In this document: positions 61,087 through 64,000 of the stretch, in pieces | Position numbering within the stretch: position 1 is the first letter of the stretch | How the letters are laid out: every line of letters starts with the position of its first letter | NCBI RefSeq assembly: GCF_006345805.1 | Contig: NC_042999.1 | Span: forward strand, 2,790,001 to 2,854,000 | Direction of reading: 5' to 3' | Length of the DNA stretch: 64,000 nucleotides | Source of the DNA: Octopus sinensis | Taxonomy: Eukaryota | The notes under the pieces: generated by a model | Databases searched by the model: none | What the model saw: only the letters and a program-made list of their open reading frames with translations | Told to the model about the DNA's origin: nothing | Program-made: the position numbers and the translations under genes

Positions 61087-61762
61087 TTGTTTATATATAT
61101 GCATTTGTTTATATATATATTTGTGTGTATATATACATATATGCACATGGTGTCTATCAGTTTTACCTAGCACACTGACCTTCTATATGCTTAAATGTAT
61201 TAAGAAGAGAGCTAAGTAGAAAAAAATATATATATCTATTTAATCAAATGGAAAATAAATCGAATAAATTTAGCGAAAAATAATTCATAAGTGAATGTTA
61301 AAATAATCATAGAAGGTCGGAGGGAAACAGAAGGGAAAGAGAGGAGGGACAGGTGGGAGGTAGATGAGTTTATGACATTTATTAGATAGGTCAGAGAAAT
61401 AGAAAAGTTATTGAGACGAACGTCCTAAATTTCTGATCGGAATTGATATGTAATACAATACGTGTGATATATATTAAATATTATATGTAAATATGTAGTT
61501 AATAGCATGGAAAAAATATAAGAATATAAATAACTGGAAAGAATTTATTAAAATGAAATTGATAAACTAGTGACATGTATTATCAGGTTAAATGTAATAG
61601 GAATTGAATAGAGATGAACTGAAGATATATTTGTAGATGTATATACGAATGAAATTAGTATTCTGAAAACGATTTCAACAACATTGAACGTATAAATAAA
61701 TAAACCATATAATAACTTTTACATTAATATATATTCCCACGTGTATATATCTCTCTCTCTCT

Positions 61763-61805
<43 letters not shown>

Positions 61806-61823
61806 CACATACACACACATCTG

Positions 61824-61872
<49 letters not shown>

Positions 61873-61919
61873 TATACATCTATATATATACATCTATTTT
61901 ATTTATATATTACATCTAT

Positions 61920-61963
<44 letters not shown>

Positions 61964-62115
61964 CTCTAAACATGAACAAAGAGAATATATATATGTATAT
62001 ACTCTAAACATGAACAAAGAGAAAACACAACAACGCGAGGACACGGAACAAGTATAGTGTTATTGGACGCTCAGAAAAGGAAAGAAAGAAGGAGGATTTT
62101 GTATGTATCTATACG

Positions 62116-62170
<55 letters not shown>

Positions 62171-62209
62171 TTATACTTATTTATATATATATATGTATCT
62201 ATATGTATG

Positions 62210-62265
<56 letters not shown>

Positions 62266-63291
62266 GTTTAGATACATACAGACTCAGGTATTGTGAATAA
62301 CTACAAAAGCAATAACATTAATAATCCTTTCTACTATAAGCACAAAGCTAAAATTCGAGGGGAGGGGCTTAGTCGATAACATCGACTCCAGTACATAACC
62401 GGTACTTATTTCATCGACCCCAAAAAGGAAAGGCAAAGTCGACCTCAGAGGAACAATAATATAAATAATAATAATTTGTACTATAGACACAAAGATGGAA
62501 TTTTGAGGAGGATTTGGTCCAACATGTCGAGCCCAGTGTTCAGTTGTATCATATTTTATGGTCTCCCAAAAGGATTTAAACTAAAGTCGATCACGGTGGA
62601 ATATGAACTCAGAAAGTAATAACAGATGAAATTCCGCTAAGCGTTTCGTCCGGTATGTTGACGATTATTACTATTATTGATGTCTGGGGAGAGTCATTCT
62701 CTTTTAGTGCCTAATAATTTAACACACTCACTGGTAAAAATTTCCATTCATTTCCTTCTTTATTTCTCTAACATTTTCATTGCATCTTGAGAGTCAACAA
62801 CTATTGAAAATGTTGCAAGACACCATAAAAGTTTTCTAAAATAAAATAAATAAGTAAATGAGTGGAAATTTTACCAGTGAATGTGTTAGATCCCACAAGC
62901 TCACTGCCTTAATAATATTGAGATATATTATTGAAAGAAGTGATATAGCAATCACATTATTCTCAATGTTTTCTTGATGTTTGTATTTTTGAGAGAAGAC
63001 CATCATCTCGATACAAGCCACTTTTGAGCTTAGGTAGTTCGTTGTCCTTTAATTGTGTAAGTATACACCAAGAAGGTTGCCTACTTTAGACTAATTAATA
63101 ACATCGACAAGAGTTCTAGATTCTTCTAATCCAAAAGTGGGATCCAAATAGGCTATAGTTTTTCCCAGCTAGTAATATATTTTCGACTTCTGACTGGTCG
63201 ATAGTTTTATAAAGGACATCAGGTTGGAATGAAGTGTAATAGCACACAGTCACGTGGGAAGTACTTAGAAAATTATTTCTTAAGAGATATC

Positions 63292-63685
63292 TTTTATTCT
63301 TTTACTTGTTTCAGTCATTTGACTGCGGCCATGTGGGAGCACCGCCTTTTAGTTGAGCAAATCGACCCCAGGATTTATTCTTTGTAAGCCTAGTACTTGT
63401 TCTATCGGTCTCTTATTGCCGAACCGCTAAGTTATGGGGATGTAAACACACCAGCATCGGATGGCAAGCGATGTTGAGGGGAGGGGACAAACACACAAAC
63501 ACACACACACACATATATACATATATATATAGGATGGGCTTCTTTCAGTTTCCGTCTACCAAATCCACTCACAAGATTTTGGTCGGCCCGAGGCTAATAT
63601 AGAAGACACTTGCCCAAGGTGCCATACAGTGGGACTGAACCTGGAACCATGTGGTTGGTAAACAAGCTACTTACCACACAGCCAT
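63292..63685 (-). mobile_element. SINE family A
   Basis: Matches 5864-6267. Confidence 0.9.
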
Positions 63686-64000
63686 GAGTCGCCATGATAG
63701 ATCGGTAGCCACTACACACATTTTTTTCTCTCCTTGTTTCTCTCCTTGTTTTTTTTTCTGTGTTCCTTTCTGTAGAAGAGCATAGGCTCGAAAAGTAAAA
63801 GACTTCTTAATTCCCAAGTGTTATACTAATACATCTGTTTGTTTTCTACACCACCTGTCTTCTTGTGTTTTTGTCATGAATTCTCTCTCTCTCTACACAC
63901 ACACACATATATATATATATGTACACATATATATATACATACATATACATACATTGTGTGTACGTATGTATATGTATGTATGTATATTCCTACATACATA

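Overview
Repeat-saturated, AT-rich animal genomic DNA. The microsatellite load and SINE families point to an octopod cephalopod; this is inference and no search was run. I found no intact host gene, rRNA, genuine tRNA or CRISPR array, and most ORFs in the six-frame track are microsatellite read-throughs. Identifiable elements: (1) a young full-length Mag-type Ty3/Gypsy LTR retrotransposon (24143-28671, ACACT target-site duplication) inserted near codon 10 of a decayed, intron-containing DD34E Tc1 transposon; (2) a 2.03-kb TSD-flanked retro-insertion encoding only an ORF1/Gag-like protein (11428-13457); (3) R4/Dong-clade LINE remnants tied to (TAA)n tracts; (4) a 5'-truncated RTE LINE with a PHD finger (about 56955-59470), whose 3' UTR recurs across the window; (5) Helitron-type and piggyBac-type non-autonomous elements; (6) mariner, piggyBac and Penelope GIY-YIG fragments; (7) dozens of SINEs. 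The main hidden signal is a set of hammerhead-ribozyme motifs (10097-10143, 10859-10896, 16394-16439, 41651-41698, plus degenerate copies). Several lie in short fold-back elements, and one sits behind a tRNA-like Pol III head. This suggests ribozyme-bearing non-autonomous elements, including a SINE-like one, mobilised by Penelope-like machinery.
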